A stretch of DNA of 64,000 nucleotides. It comes from Isurus oxyrinchus. Its lineage: Eukaryota. This document shows, piece by piece, positions 50,449 through 63,630 of the stretch (position 1 is the first letter of the stretch; each line of letters starts with the position of its first letter). The translations under genes and the position numbers were made by a program. Under the pieces are notes generated by a model. It saw only the letters and a program-made list of their open reading frames with translations. It was not told the origin of the DNA and ran no database searches. The stretch spans positions 1,302,001-1,366,000 of the forward strand of contig JANJGN010000010.1 of assembly GCA_026770705.1 (NCBI GenBank), in the 5' to 3' direction.

Positions 50449-52298
50449 AACTTACTGCACTCTGTTCCCTCAGGTCCAACCCCAACATTGTCATCAAACC
50501 CGCTGACAAGGGTGGTGCTGTTGTTGTCTGGCGCATTGACCTCTACCTCGCGGAGGCTGAGCGTCAACTCGCAGACACCTTCTCCTACCTCTCCCTGGAC
50601 CATGACCCCACCACTGAACATCAAGCCATTGTTTCCAGGACTGTCACTGACCTCATCTCCTCTGGAGATCTTCCTCCCACAGCTTCCAACCTGATAGTTG
50701 CCCAACCTCGGATGGCCCGCTTCTATCTCCTACCCAAAATCCACAAACAGAACTGTCCCAGTAGACCGATCGTGTCAGCTTGCTCCTGCCCCATGGAACT
50801 CATTTCTCGTTATCTTGACTCCCTTCTCTCTCCCCTTGTCCAGTCCCTTCCCACCTACATCCGTGATTCCTCTGACATCTTACGTCACATCAACAATTTC
50901 CAGTTCCCTGGCCCCAATCGCTTCCTCTTCACCATGGACGTCCAATCCCTCTACACCTCCATCCCCCACCAGGATGGTCTGAGGGCCCTTAGCTTCTTCC
51001 TCAAACAGAGGCCCAAACAATCCCCATCCACCACTACTCTCCTCCGTCTGGCTGAACTTGTTCTCACACTGAACAATTTCTCCTTCAACTCCTCTCACTT
51101 CCTCCAAATAAAAGGTGTGGCTATGGGTACCCGCATGGGCCCCAGCTATGCCTGTCTCTTTATGGGGTATGTGGAACATTCCTTGTTGCAGTCCTACTCC
51201 GGCCCCCTTCTACAACTCTTTCTCCGGTACATCGATGATTACTTCGGTGCTGCTTCATGCTCTCGTCGGGACTTGGAAAAATTTATTAATTTTGCTTCCA
51301 ATCTTCACCCCTCCATCATTTTCACATGGTCCATCTCTGACACTTTCCTTCCCTTCTTTGACCTCTCTGTCTCAATTTCTGGTGATAGACTGTCCACCAA
51401 TATCTATTATAAGCCTGCTGACACCCACAGCTATCTCGACTACAGCTCCTCACACCCTGCTTCCTGTAAGGACTCCATCCCATTCTCTCAGTTCCTTCGC
51501 CTCCGTCACATCTGTTCTGATGATGCTACCTTCAAAAACAGTTCATCTGACATGTCCTCCTTCTTCCTTAACCGAGGTTTTCCACCCACAGTCGTTGACA
51601 GGGCCCTCAACCATGTCCAGCCCATCTCCCACGCAACCGCCCTCATGCCTTCTCCTCCCTCCCAGAAACATGATAGGGTCCCCCTTGTCCTCACTTATCA
51701 CCCCACCAGCCTCCGCATTCAAAGGATCATCCTCCGCCATTTCCGCCAACTCCAGCATGATGCCACCACCAAACACATCTTCCCTTCACCCACCCCGGCG
51801 GCATTCCGTAGGGATCGTTCCCTCCGGGACACCCTGGTCCACTCCTCCATCACCCCCTACTCCTCAACCCCCTCCTATGGCACCACCCCATGCCCACGCA
51901 AAAGATGTAACACCTGCCCCTTCACTTCCTCTCTCCTCACCGTCCAAGGGCCCAAACACTCCTTTCAAGTGAAGCAGCATTTCACTTGCATTTCCCCCAA
52001 CTTAGTCTACTGCATTCGTTGCTCCCAATGTGGTCTCCTCTACATTGGAGAGACCAAACGTAAACTGGGCGACTGCTTTGCAGAACACCTGCGGTCTGTC
52101 CGCAAGAATGACCCAAACCTCCCTGTCGCTTGCCATTTTAACATTCCACCCTGCTCTCTTGCCCACATGTCTGTCCTTGGCTTGCTGCATTGTTCCAGTG
52201 AAGCCCAACGCAAACTGGAGGAACAACACCTCATCTTCCGACTAGGCACCTTACAGCCTCCCGGTCTGAATATTGAATTCAACAACTTTAGGTCTTGA
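50409..52298 (+). CDS. Penelope-like element RT + GIY-YIG endonuclease, uninterrupted 629-aa ORF (5'-truncated element)
   Basis: IKPADKGG, YLLPKIHK, RPIVS, DVQSLYTSIP, GVAMGTRMGP, RYIDD, VYCIRC..C..LYIGET, terminal GLN. Confidence 0.9.
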   Translation: MDGYYPNVQTQTHQLTALCSLRSNPNIVIKPADKGGAVVVWRIDLYLAEAERQLADTFSYLSLDHDPTTEHQAIVSRTVTDLISSGDLPPTASNLIVAQPRMARFYLLPKIHKQNCPSRPIVSACSCPMELISRYLDSLLSPLVQSLPTYIRDSSDILRHINNFQFPGPNRFLFTMDVQSLYTSIPHQDGLRALSFFLKQRPKQSPSTTTLLRLAELVLTLNNFSFNSSHFLQIKGVAMGTRMGPSYACLFMGYVEHSLLQSYSGPLLQLFLRYIDDYFGAASCSRRDLEKFINFASNLHPSIIFTWSISDTFLPFFDLSVSISGDRLSTNIYYKPADTHSYLDYSSSHPASCKDSIPFSQFLRLRHICSDDATFKNSSSDMSSFFLNRGFPPTVVDRALNHVQPISHATALMPSPPSQKHDRVPLVLTYHPTSLRIQRIILRHFRQLQHDATTKHIFPSPTPAAFRRDRSLRDTLVHSSITPYSSTPSYGTTPCPRKRCNTCPFTSSLLTVQGPKHSFQVKQHFTCISPNLVYCIRCSQCGLLYIGETKRKLGDCFAEHLRSVRKNDPNLPVACHFNIPPCSLAHMSVLGLLHCSSEAQRKLEEQHLIFRLGTLQPPGLNIEFNNFRS

Positions 52299-52799
52299 AC
52301 TCCCTCCTCCATCCCCACCCCCTTTCTGTTTCTTCCCCCTTCCTTTTGTTTTTTCCAATAATTTAAATAGATTTTTCTTTTCCCACCTATTTCCATTACT
52401 TTTAAATCTTGTGTGCCAGGCTAGTCTTTCCACCCCACCCCCACTAGAGCTGTACCTTGTTTGTCCTGCCATCCATTCTTAATTAGCACATTCGTTTAGA
52501 TAATATCACCACCTTCAACACCTCTTTGTTCTTTGTCTGTGACATCTTTTGATTATCTGCTCCTATCACTGCTTGTTTGTCCCTACATCCACACCACCTA
52601 CCCCCACACCTCCCCTCCGGCTTAAACCAGCTTATATTTCACCCCTTTCCTAAGATTCACTTAGTTCTGTCGAAGGATCATGAGGACTCGAAACGTCAAC
52701 TCTTTTCTTCTCCGCCGATGCTGCCAGACCTGCTGAGTTTTTCCAGGTAATTCTGTTTTTGTTTTGGATTTCCAGCATCCGCAGATTTTTGTTTTTATA
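52299..52799 (+). mobile_element. Penelope 3' pseudo-LTR region containing a minimal hammerhead-like motif (52663-52701)
   Basis: AGTT-CTGTCGA-stem II-GAAACGTC-AACT; T-rich terminus. Confidence 0.75.
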
Positions 52800-53976
52800 A
52801 AGGCCACCTGTATCCTGTTTTCCAGAAAGTAGTGCCGGTGATTTAAAAGAAGGAAGGAAACAACTTTTAAAGGGAGATTAAATAAATTTTAGAAAGAAAA
52901 GTAAGCCTTAGAAAGCCAAAATTATCACTCTTGTTTGAAGCAACATAAGTTAAATGAAAGGAATAAGACGTATAATTATACATCTGTGCAAAGCCAGTTG
53001 CATCCATAATCCAAAGCAATATGAAATAAACTACCTTTACTCTCAGAGGTTAAGACAAGTGTTGTTCATCTATAGTTTAGACAGTACGAGTCTCATACAG
53101 CTGGCAGCTTGCTGTTATTCTGATACACTTCTGTGTGTAATTTGTTGCACGTTGTTTGAACCACAAGCACACTGTATTTGGGCAGAGGTTCTGTATGGTG
53201 TTGTGTATAGGTCTAGGATAGATCTTTGATGTCCGCAGCATGTCTAAAGCATCTGTTTGGATCTGATGTTGAAAATAATCCTCTTACACTTCATTGTCTG
53301 GGAAACACACTGGGATATGTATGTGGTTATAAAAAGACTTTGGCCTCAAAGTTAGATTCCCCGTGATTGTAGTTTTGATGCAATGAGTTGGTATTGAAAT
53401 GGCATCAGCAGCGTTTGTACACAGTTCTGGTGTGGCCATGCTGGGTGTTGTCCTGGTGAAGGTGCGACTGTTGGTGTGTGTTCTGGGGGCTTGCTGATTA
53501 ACGCCGGTTTGACACCAGACTATAATTTATGATCTCACTGCTAAAGGTAACACCCTCTCTTAAACACACATAGTTAAACATGTGAACAACCGCAGGAAGC
53601 ACTGCCCCATCCCACTCTCAGTGTCTATCGTAAAGGATCATCAGCCACAATCAGAATCGATGGGCCGAAGGGCCTCTTTTGCACTGTGTGATTCTGTGAT
53701 TCTGTGAATCAGGTTAATCACTGATTAATTTCTACTGTCTCCGTTTGAAGTTGTAAACCTGCTGCTGGTTTCCAAAGTTGTCTAAGGTTAGTGATGTTTA
53801 CAGTAAGCCATGGAAAAGGCCTTCTTGTCAGACCACTTGTTCCCAGTTACCCCTCCCGTCAGCCTGCAGCATCAGAGGGAGATAGACAGAGGCAGGGGAG
53901 AAGAGGATAAACACTCACAGTGCCAGTATCTGAGCTGGTGGCTGCAAACGTGTGATCAATTGACAGCTGTGGTAAT

Positions 53977-56900
53977 TGTAAGTTAACTGTTTTCTGAATG
54001 CTATGGGGATCATGTGACTGTACAGACAAATCAGCCCCAAGCATGGGGAATCTTGGGGGAAGAGTTTTCTAGCCTTGATTTTGGAACAAGCATGTAGCCT
54101 CATCTGGAGCCTATAAATAGAGTTCACTGTTTCTTACAAGAAACCAGTCCTGCATTCCAAGTTTATTATATTTAGTGCTGATGCTGCGCCTCGACTTGCA
54201 ACTGTGGGTGTTTCGCTGTTTTAGGGGAAAAAAGAAATGAAGCATTTTCTCCCGTAATGCCTCTCTCTAGCAGAATTCACCCGGACGACTCATCCATCAA
54301 GGGCTGTAGTCAATACATAGAGCGGTTAGGTTTCTACTTTGTGGAAGGCTGGTCTCCTAAATATCTGTGGGAGCAAAACATATAAACCTAATCCTTAATC
54401 TGAAGACTCTGAATGTGCCAAATTCCAGATCCTTCACTGAGCTAGTCGACCTCGTGAAGGGACATTTTCAGCCTAAGCCCTCGGTGATCATGCAAAGATT
54501 CAAGTTTAACTCTTGAGTAAGGATTCCTGGTGAGTCGATTGCAATGCACATTGCCAAGTTAAAGCAGTTAATGGAGCCACAGTGACTGCGGGGATTCTTT
54601 AAACAACACATTGCGAGATAGTTTGGTTTGCGGCATAAACAATGACTCCATTCAGCACCGTTTGATTACAGAAGTTGAGGTAGATCCAAAGGAGATAGCA
54701 CGAGCAATGGAGAGAGCTGGGAGGGACTCGCAGGCTCTGCAGGTGTGCAACATGGTGCTGTTTTGTAGTTAGGGCAGGAACCTGCCGCTGGGAGACAAGC
54801 ATGAAGCGGGACACAGTCTGTAATTCTAGAAAAACAAAAAGAAATACTGGAAGCAGCTCACCAGTAACCAGGAGTTAAAGTGATACCGTTGTGGGGGAAA
54901 TCATGCACCTGAAGTCTGTAGAATGAAAGAGACAGAATGTCACAACTGCCACAAATAAAGGGCATGTTGTTAAACAGTGGAGGGCGAGGTCAAGGCAGCC
55001 ATTCAGACAGCAGGTCAAGTTAAATGAAGTGCACAATACAGATGAGCCAGAGATTATTGAGGCTGACGTTTATTCCCTACACAATCAGAAGGCCAGGCAA
55101 ACTGAACCATTCACTATTACACTTCAAGTAAATGGAAAGCCTCTGATCATGGATGTGGACACAGGAGCGTCGACCACAGTGGTGGGAGAACACGTCTTTA
55201 AATACCTCAGAGAAGGTATCCAGCCATTGAGTTTGGAGAAAACCACTGCTCAGTTAAAAACGTTTACTGGGGAAGTCATACAGGTGAAAGGCAACAAGGA
55301 GAAGGACCAAGCCTTCTGGGCTGTGATTGGTGGAAAGAAATCAAACTAAATTGGTCAGAAATCCTTCGGGTCAGGACAGGAGGGATTCCTGAGTTGCTGA
55401 AACAGTATTCAGATATGAGCTGGGGAAAATCAAAGGTCTACAAGCTAAAATACACATGGGCCCTGAAGCAACACCCCGGTTTTTTGTGCCTTACGCTCTA
55501 AAATAAAAGATAGATGTGGAATTATGTGGTTTGGAGAAGTTAGGAATAACTCAGCCAGTCCAATTTTCAGAATGGGCAGCACCCATACCCGCTATGATGA
55601 AACCAGACCAAACCATTCGAAAACAGAGATTATAAATTAACTGTAAACAAGGCTGCGAAAATAAGCAAATAGCCAATCCCATGGATTGAAGATCTGTATG
55701 CTAAAATTGCAGGAGGAAGATCCTACACTAAACTGGACATGAGCCATTCCTACCAACAGCTCGAGCCGGACAACAGATCAAGAAGTTATGTCACCAGAAA
55801 CACGCACAAGGACCTGTACCAATAAACACACCTACTCTTCAGTGTGTCATCTGCCTGTGTAATTTTCCAACCAACCATGGAAAAATTACTATAAGGACAT
55901 CCCCGAGTTATAGTGTACCTGGGTGACACCCAGATCACAGAATTCTCAAAAGCAGAACGTGTGGCCAACCTGGAAGAGGTTCTGGAGACTTTTGGAGGCT
56001 GACATTTGTTGAAAAAAGAAAAGTGCACCTTCCAAGCAAAGGAAGTCACGTATTTGGGTGATCGAGTGAAAACCAAAGGGTTGCATCCATTAGAGGGGAA
56101 AGTCAGGGTAATCAAGGAATCACCGTCTCCCACCAAACATCACGGAGCTCAAGTCTTTTTTGGGCATGGTAAACCAATATGGCCACATCTTGCCTAATCT
56201 ATCTACAGTGTTAGCTCCTTTACACTTACTATTGAAGAAGAAGCACAGATGGTCCTGGAAGGCACTGCAAGAGGAAGCCTTCCTAAGAGTCAAGAAGCTT
56301 TTACGCTCGTCGTGTCTGCTAATGCACTATGACCCGTCTATAGAATTGATACTCATTTGTGATGCAACTCCCTACAGAGTGCGACCAGCAATTGTCACAC
56401 AAGAAGGAGGATGGATCTGAAAGACTGCTAAGTTATGTATCCAGAACCCTTTCTGCAGCCGAGAAAGGTTACTCTCAAATTGAAAAAGTGGCTTATCTAT
56501 CATGTTTGGAGTAAAGAAATTCCATCAATATTTGCACAGTTGACACTCACCATAGAGTCAGATCACAAACCCCTGTCAGGTTTGTTTAGTGAAGATAAGG
56601 CAATCCCACCAATAGCCTCTGCTAGAATTCAAAGATGGGTTTTAATTTTGTCAGCATGTGAGTACACTTTTATGCACCGCCTGTTTGTGCACATAACAAA
56701 TACAGTCTCCCTGAGTCAGCTCTCTTTGCCAGACAGTATTACACATGCTCCAGTACCTCAAGAGGTTGTATTTGTGTTGAATTTCCTGGACTCCTCACCA
56801 GTCTGCGTGAGACAGATAAAGAATTGGACAAAAGAGGATCCAATTTTAACAAGAATCCGAGAACAGGTATTGCAAGGATGGTCAAATGCACAAGTCTCTG

Positions 56901-58020
56901 AAAAATTAGAATTCTGAGTTGTCAAAATGGTATCTTGTTATGGGGAGCAAGAGTCGCTTTCCCTGTGTAAAGAAGAGAACCTTTATTGGAAGAACTGCAC
57001 AGTGCGCATCCTGGTATTTCGAAAATGAAGATGCTCACACAAAGTTATATCTGGTGGCAGGTATAGACAGTGATAAAGAAAAAAATGGTGGAATGCTGTC
57101 TCCAGTGTCAGCAACGGCAGAAGTTGCCTGTTTCGGCTCCACTGCATCTACGGGAGTGGCCTGGTCAACCCTGGGTTAAAGCACATATAGACTATGTAGG
57201 TCCATTTCTAGGTACCATGTTTCTTGTGATCATTGACGCACATTCAAAGTGTATGGACGTGTTTGAAGTGAGATCATTTACATTGTCGGCAACCATTGAA
57301 AAACTACCCCAAAGTTTCAGTGTTCATGGTTTACCTGAGGTTATTGTGTCAGACAATGGTACTGCTTTCAAAAGCACTGAATTCCAAAGATTCATGAATC
57401 TAAATGGGATTAAACACATCAGAGCAGCATCGTAATGTCCCTTGTCCAATGGATTAGCAGAAAGGGCAGTACAAACTTTTAAAACAGGCATGAAGAAACT
57501 ATCCAAGGGAACATTAGAAACACAAGTTTCGAGATTTCTGTTCAGCTATCGTATAACTCCTCACGCGCCCACTGGTTTAACAGCTTCTGAATTGCTAATG
57601 AAGCATCGACTTCATACAAAATTGAATCTAGTATTCCCTAATTTAAAGGGGAAGGTGGAGAGAAGCCAAGGGAGTCAGGAAGTGAATTATAATGTTCACA
57701 GTAAAGGTTAAGGATTTACTGTGGGAGAAAGAGTTTTTGTACCAAATTTTGCAACTGGACCAGGTTGGAAAAGTGGAAAACAGGATTGTTGGGAAACACG
57801 TGGATCACCTCAGAAGTTGAGACACACTCTCCAACAATCAGTTACTCCACCTGCAATCAAAGTCAAACCTTTAATCTCTGAGGTGACAGACTGACAAAGA
57901 ACAGACAAACCTGATGTCTCTGTTGAAGTAAAGAATTCTGAACTGCCATTGTCTAAGGATGTCTCTGAAGCTGCAGCTCCTGATCAAGTCCATCCAATGA
58001 ACGAGGCTCCAGTTGTCTGT
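53977..58020 (+). mobile_element. Decayed Gypsy (Mag-like) provirus, gag-PR-RT-RNaseH-IN, no 3' LTR
   Basis: MDVDTGAS protease; KKEKCTF..VTYLG; ILICDA; SDHKPL; HIDYVGP, IVSDNG, SNGLAERAVQTFK; many frameshifts; homologous to the 12-16 kb element. Confidence 0.9.
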
Positions 58021-58321
58021 TTTCCAGCCTAATCCTGTTTATTTCCCAAAATTCTTCATTATCTCTTTTTCTTATGCCTGAGGAATATTGAAAAATTGTT
58101 TATTTTATGTAAATTTTATTTTTATGTTGATTAGATGCTGCTGGATAGAATGCTTTTTCAGTCAAACCTTAGAGATGGGACGTGTATCATTTCAGTGGAT
58201 GATGTAAGGAGCAATGGTTCTCATTTTAAAAAAACCTGCATTTATATAGCATCTTTAACCTAGTTACATGTCCCAAGGTGCTGTACAGGGGCACTTTCCA
58301 ACAAAATTTGACACTAAATCC

Positions 58322-58730
58322 TTATTCATCGGCAGCTTCCTGTCTTGTGGGTCACGCCGTGACTGTCGACTCTGTGTGAAGCATCACCTGGTGCGGCTCA
58401 GGGTCTCACTCTGACATGGCTGTCTCTGTCACACTTCCTGCAGAGGAAGACAGTGGGCTGAGAAGGTGAGCGATTGGCTGGCCTCTGTTTTCTCTGGGTC
58501 CTCTTCCCAGTCGGCTGACCTTTCCATTTCTGCTCATCTGTTCCGATGCCCTTCCAGTCAACCTCCAGAGGTCATGGTCATTGGTGATTGTCTCCCAGTT
58601 GTCAGTGTCGATCTCTGCCAGCTTCCTGTCTTGTTTGCAGGATACCTTGTAATGAAGGTATGGACGACCAGCCGGTTGTGACCCAGTGGCTAGTTCACCG
58701 TGTAGACAATCTTTGGGTGTACAGCCATCA
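58322..58730 (-). mobile_element. RTE-clade (BovB-like) LINE 3' fragment
   Basis: MGDGCTPKDCLHGELATGSQPAGRPYLHYK..WE....DHDLWR resembles the RTE C-terminal motif. Confidence 0.7.
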
Positions 58731-59477
58731 CCCATTCCAATGTTGTTCTCTTGCCTTCTCCCCATATCCCTGCAAATTCCTCCTTTTCAGAGAATAATCT
58801 AATTTGCAGGGGGTGGTGGTGTGTGTCAGTTTCACCTCTGGCTTCTGAGTGGTTCGAATCGCTCCCACTCCCTGGGTTCTAGACCTTGGACTTATTTGAG
58901 GGTTGTGACAAAGTGCAGCAGACAACTGGGTTTGGTGCAAGAAACAAAACTGGGTTTACTGAAGTCACAAATAAACTTATAACATTAGGATTACACTGAG
59001 ATTATACAGACTTACAAAGTACACTTAGTTAAGAATGGGGAACACAAGGCATAATGAAGGAAAATCACGTTACTAATCCCCTTACCCTTGTCCCACCCCC
59101 AAAAACCTAACTAAACTGAACTAGGAGAGGTCAGGGATCATGCTCACCAACCAGGGTTCCTTGACAGTTCGAAATCTAGTCAGGTATAAGCTGGTTGCAG
59201 TTTTGGGGTACGCTCTTTGTGTCCTCTGGGGCCTGCTATCCCCACTTGGTCCTGGTCTGTGACATCTGTGAAGGTTCTTCAGTCGGGTGGAGGACGCGGT
59301 TGAGGGTGGTCAATCTTCGTGGAGGGCTGCGGTTGCAGCCTTGTTGTCTTCAGTTGAGACTGCCACCTTGCGCCCCTCGCCGTGATGTTGCCTGTGAGCC
59401 TGCAAACCTCCAGATCTTCTTCCTCCACTTGGCTCAGCTCCCTCCAAAAACTCTGCTAACCCTCCTGTGTATGCTTT

Positions 59478-59548
59478 CAAAACTGCCCACCCTTCTGTCT
59501 CACTGCGCAAAACTGCCCACCCTTCTGTCTCACTGCGCAAAACTGCCC
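59478..59548. repeat. 30-bp tandem repeat, about 2.4 copies, in LTR-like sequence
   Basis: Unit CAAAACTGCCCACCCTTCTGTCTCACTGCG. Confidence 0.85.
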
Positions 59549-60079
59549 ATCCTTCCTAACTGCTGGCCCAATTATACTGTTTTTTTGAATTTCTTATCTG
59601 AAACCAAATCAAGGTTAATTCTTTGTCTGATATAGTCTTCTTCAGGTGATTGTTGTCCCGTTGTTTTTAATGGGCTCGCATGTTGGTTATCATTGTCTTC
59701 CTGCCCCCGTAACTAGTCTTGAACTGAAAGCCATTGTATATGTGGAGTAATGATGGGTTCGCATAATTGCATTGATTGTGGCCTTCTGGCCTTAGTAGTT
59801 AAAAGTGATTATTTATGCAAGATTTTGATGGGCTTTAGTTTCATGTAAGATGAAGTCTTTCTCTGGGCTGATTGTTTTAAAGAGAAGAATTTGTATTCTG
59901 TCTCCTCTCGTTGTCTGGTTACAGGCAACAAACCACATTGTACTCAACAAGCCCGGGCATGTCCAGTTCCAGGCCTTCATGAGCTGCAGGGTTCTACACT
60001 TAACTAGCAGGTGGGTCCTCTGCCATAAAAGTTCAAAAGTCAGATCCTTGTTGATGAAATGAAAAATGTGGGAATTTTG

Positions 60080-61730
60080 AAAACCCTTCAAATTACCTCT
60101 TGAATGTCTCGATTGAACCTGCCTCCCCCACACTCTCAGGCAGTGTATTCCAGATCTAAACACTTGCTGCATGAAAAAGATTTTCCTCATATCATCACTT
60201 CTTTAGGCAATTACCTTAAATCAATGCCCTCTGGTTCTCGACCCTTCCACCAATGGAAACAAATTCTCCATATCTACTGTGTCCAGAGCCCTCAGGATTT
60301 AGAACACTTCTGTCAGGTCTCCTCTCAACCTTCTCTTCTCCAAGGAAAACAGTCCTAACTTCTCCAAGTTCCTCACCCTGGAACCATTCTCATGAATCTT
60401 TTCTGCACTCTCTCCAATGTCTTCACATTCTTCTGAAAGTGTTTTTTATTCATTCACAGGATGTGGGTGTCTCTGGCTGGGCCAGCATTTATTGCCCATC
60501 CCTAATTGCCCTTGAGAAGGTGGTGTTGAGCTGCCTTCTTGAACAGTTGCAGTCCATGTGGTGTAGGTACACCCACAGTGCTGTTAGGGAAGGAGTTCCA
60601 GGATTTTGACCCAGTGACAGTGAAGGAACGGCGGTATATTTCCAAGTCAGAATGGTGAGTGACTTGGAGGGGAACTTCCAGGTGGTGAGGTTCCCATGTG
60701 CCTGTTTCCCTTGTCCTTCTAGATGGTAGTGTTCGTGGGTTTTGAAGGTTCTGTCTAAGGAGACTTGGTGAGTTGCTGCAGTGTATCTTGTAGATGGTAC
60801 ACACTGCTGCTACTGTGTGTTGGTGGTGGAGGGAGTAAATGTTTGTGGATGTGGTGCCAATCGAGCGGGCTGCTTTGTCCTGGACGGTGTCAAACTTCTT
60901 GAGTGTTGTGGGAACTGCGCTCATCCAGGCAAGTGGGGAGTATTCCATCACATTCCTGACTTGTGCTTTGTAGATGGTGGACAGGCTTTGTGGAGTCAGG
61001 AGGTGAGTTATGCACTGCTGGATCCCTAACCTCTGACCTGCTCTTATAGCCACAGTATTTATATGGCTAGTCCAGAACTGATGGTGCCCAGAACTGGACA
61101 CAATATTCCAGTTGAGACTGGACCAATGTTTTATACAGGTTTAACATAACCTGCTTCCTTTTATACTCCTTGTCCCTATTAATAAAGCTAAGGATACTGC
61201 ATGTTTTATTAACCACTCTCTCAACCTGTTCTGTCACCTGCAATGATTTATGCACATATACAGCCAGCTCCGTCTGCTCCTGCACCCCTGTTAGAATTGT
61301 ACCCTTTGTTTTATATTCTCTCTCTATGTTCTTCCTGCCAAAATGAATCACCTCACACTTCTCTGTATTGAATTTTGTTTGCTAACTCTCCACTCATTCC
61401 AACAGCATTAGTTGGGTGCACCTTCCCATCTATCTCCATTTGAAGTTCTACACCACCCTCCCTCACAGCTCACAATGATTCCAAGTTTTGTATCATCTGC
61501 AAATTTTGAAATCATGCCCTGTACACCACAGTGTAGGTCATTAATATACATCAGGAAGACCAAGGCTCCCAACGCTGAACCCTGGGGATCTCCGCTACAA
61601 ACCTTCCTCCAATCTGAAAAACAAAGCTCCACCACTTCTCCCTGTTTCTGTCACTCAGCTTATTTCATATCAACATTGCTTCTGTTCCTTTTATTCCACG
61701 AGCTCTAACTTTGCTCACATGTCTGTTTTG
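60080..61730 (-). mobile_element. CR1 family B fragment with a nested LINE family A 3' end (60443-61080)
   Basis: GDPQGSALG..YINDL..KFADDTKLG, LYKTLVQSQLEYCVQFW; nested copy matches ~2345-2985. Confidence 0.85.
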
Positions 61731-62069
61731 TGTCGGGTGGTCAGATTTTCAGAAGTCAAAGCTGGGATGGTGAGCTCGCCATGTTGGGCGACCAGTGGCA
61801 GGAATCTGGGAGGGTGCAGCTGAAGACAGGAGGTCATCTGATGATACAAATAGTCATCTAATAATCAAGAGTGTGAAAATCCTGTGACCAATTTGGCCTA
61901 ATTGCTGTTGCTTGCATTCCTTTTTACTGATTTTCAGTATTATAATTTTAGGGTGCCCGCGAGATTGGTGTTAATGTAATTGCATTTAAAGTGAGGGGCT
62001 GGGCGGTGGGGAGGTGGGGGTTGGGTTGTTTGGAAAGGGGTGGAGGGGAAACAGTGAAAGGTGGTGAAA

Positions 62070-63630
62070 CCCAGCTCAGGCCTTAGCTACAACCCCTGTG
62101 CCCGGAATTGGTTATCGCTTCCCAGCTGGACTTTCACTCACTGACTGCGGTTGTGGTTGTCGGCCAGCTCTGACATGCTGCAGACCTTACGGCCAGAGGA
62201 GCCTGGGTCAGTGTGCACCATGCTACAGGGCTGTACCTGGTACGTGTCTTGGTCCCAGTCCAGAGAGGGGGGTGGGGGTGGGAGGGCCTGTCAGTGCTCT
62301 ATCAGTTGTGCCCAGCATGATGTGCAGGGAGTGGTCAGTCCTTCACACATTTGAGTCCTGGGGGCTGGTGCCCTGGTACTGGGCCACAGGTTGCACATTC
62401 ACAGTCAGCTGAGGCACCTTCAGCCTGTAAATAGGAAACTGGTAACTAAGAGGGGGGTCACTCGATGGTCTCATGGAGGGGGTGTATCTCGGTAGGTCCC
62501 TGTGCATTGGGCCTCTGATGGGGAGGGTGAGGCCGACATGAGGCATGGGGACATCAAGAGAAAGTGGTTCCGGGGGAGGACAGGATATCAACTACTACCA
62601 CAATGGGCTCCAAGGTTAAAGGGGGAGGCAGGGGAATGAATGGAGCGAGGGAAACTTCTCATGATATTCTTCCAGGACGATAGGAGGGATTCTGAGGGTC
62701 ACAGAGGGTTAGGAGGCGTTGGAAGCTGGTCTTGGAATAGAACCAGAGCAGCATGGTCTCCACAGCTAATAGAATGACACTGTTGAAAAATAACCTTGGA
62801 AAAAATCACCGGGGAGGGGTCTGAGTGCTTGTGGGGTGAGTTGACTACTGCGGTTTTGGGCTGATTGAAGGGGCACCCAAATAATTACCACTTCAGGACA
62901 TGGAGAGCAAGGCTGAGTTAAAGCATGTTGTAGTAACTGAAGGTATAGCCTCTCCTGCTGTCTATCAGGGTCACGTGGAGGGAGGCCAAGGTTCCCCATC
63001 CACCTAACCACCATCCCAATCAAAGCCACAGCGATGGTGGGCAGGCCTGAGTGCATATCCAGCAGGTACTGCTGGACCAGTGGCTCCGTGGCAACTGCCA
63101 CTCTTCCACTGGTGACCTCAATGTGCTCGCATGCTGGAGCCACAACATCAGAGAGAACGTGGATAGGATCCTCCACCCTTCATTCTAATTTGTTGACGAC
63201 CTCTGACAATCCTGCCTGCTGTACCCTTGACTGTTTTTGGGACTTCAACATTTTTTTCAGGGCCAATTTCAGAGGCTCGTCATCTGACTCGGACTCAGCA
63301 GTGGCCCGGTCTCCAGCAGTCCTCCGAGTGTCGGAGACCTTGGCTATCACTGCCTCCGCCTTCTGTGGAGTTACGTCTGTGCTGTGCTGTGCCCGATCAT
63401 GACCCCAGGCCTGCTGTAGAACTAGTTCCCTCCGAGGTGTGTGTCTCTGTGCTGGTGGAGGGTGCAGATGAACGTAGTGACGGGTTCCCCTCAGATGCTT
63501 CCTCAGGATCCTTATCCAAGGTGCTCTGGGAGCTGGGGCTAGATGGGCTGGCTGGTGGTGTCCAGGTGCCTTTTCTTGCTGGTGGCTGTAATAGAGAGAA
63601 GAGATAATTAGTGGTTGGCTGGACAGCCAC
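62070..63630 (-). mobile_element. Possible decayed Harbinger second ORF (Myb/SANT-partner gene)
   Basis: GC-rich, Ser/Pro-rich broken frames (PSTSTETHTS); weak similarity of 62080-62097 to 10045-10070 downstream of the transposase remnant; no Myb domain seen. Confidence 0.3.

Noticed and set aside
49839-51972. Long alternative-frame ORFs (49839-50705 minus, 51115-51972 plus) as genes
   Set aside because: Shadow frames of the R2-like and Penelope coding sequences, with no recognisable motifs
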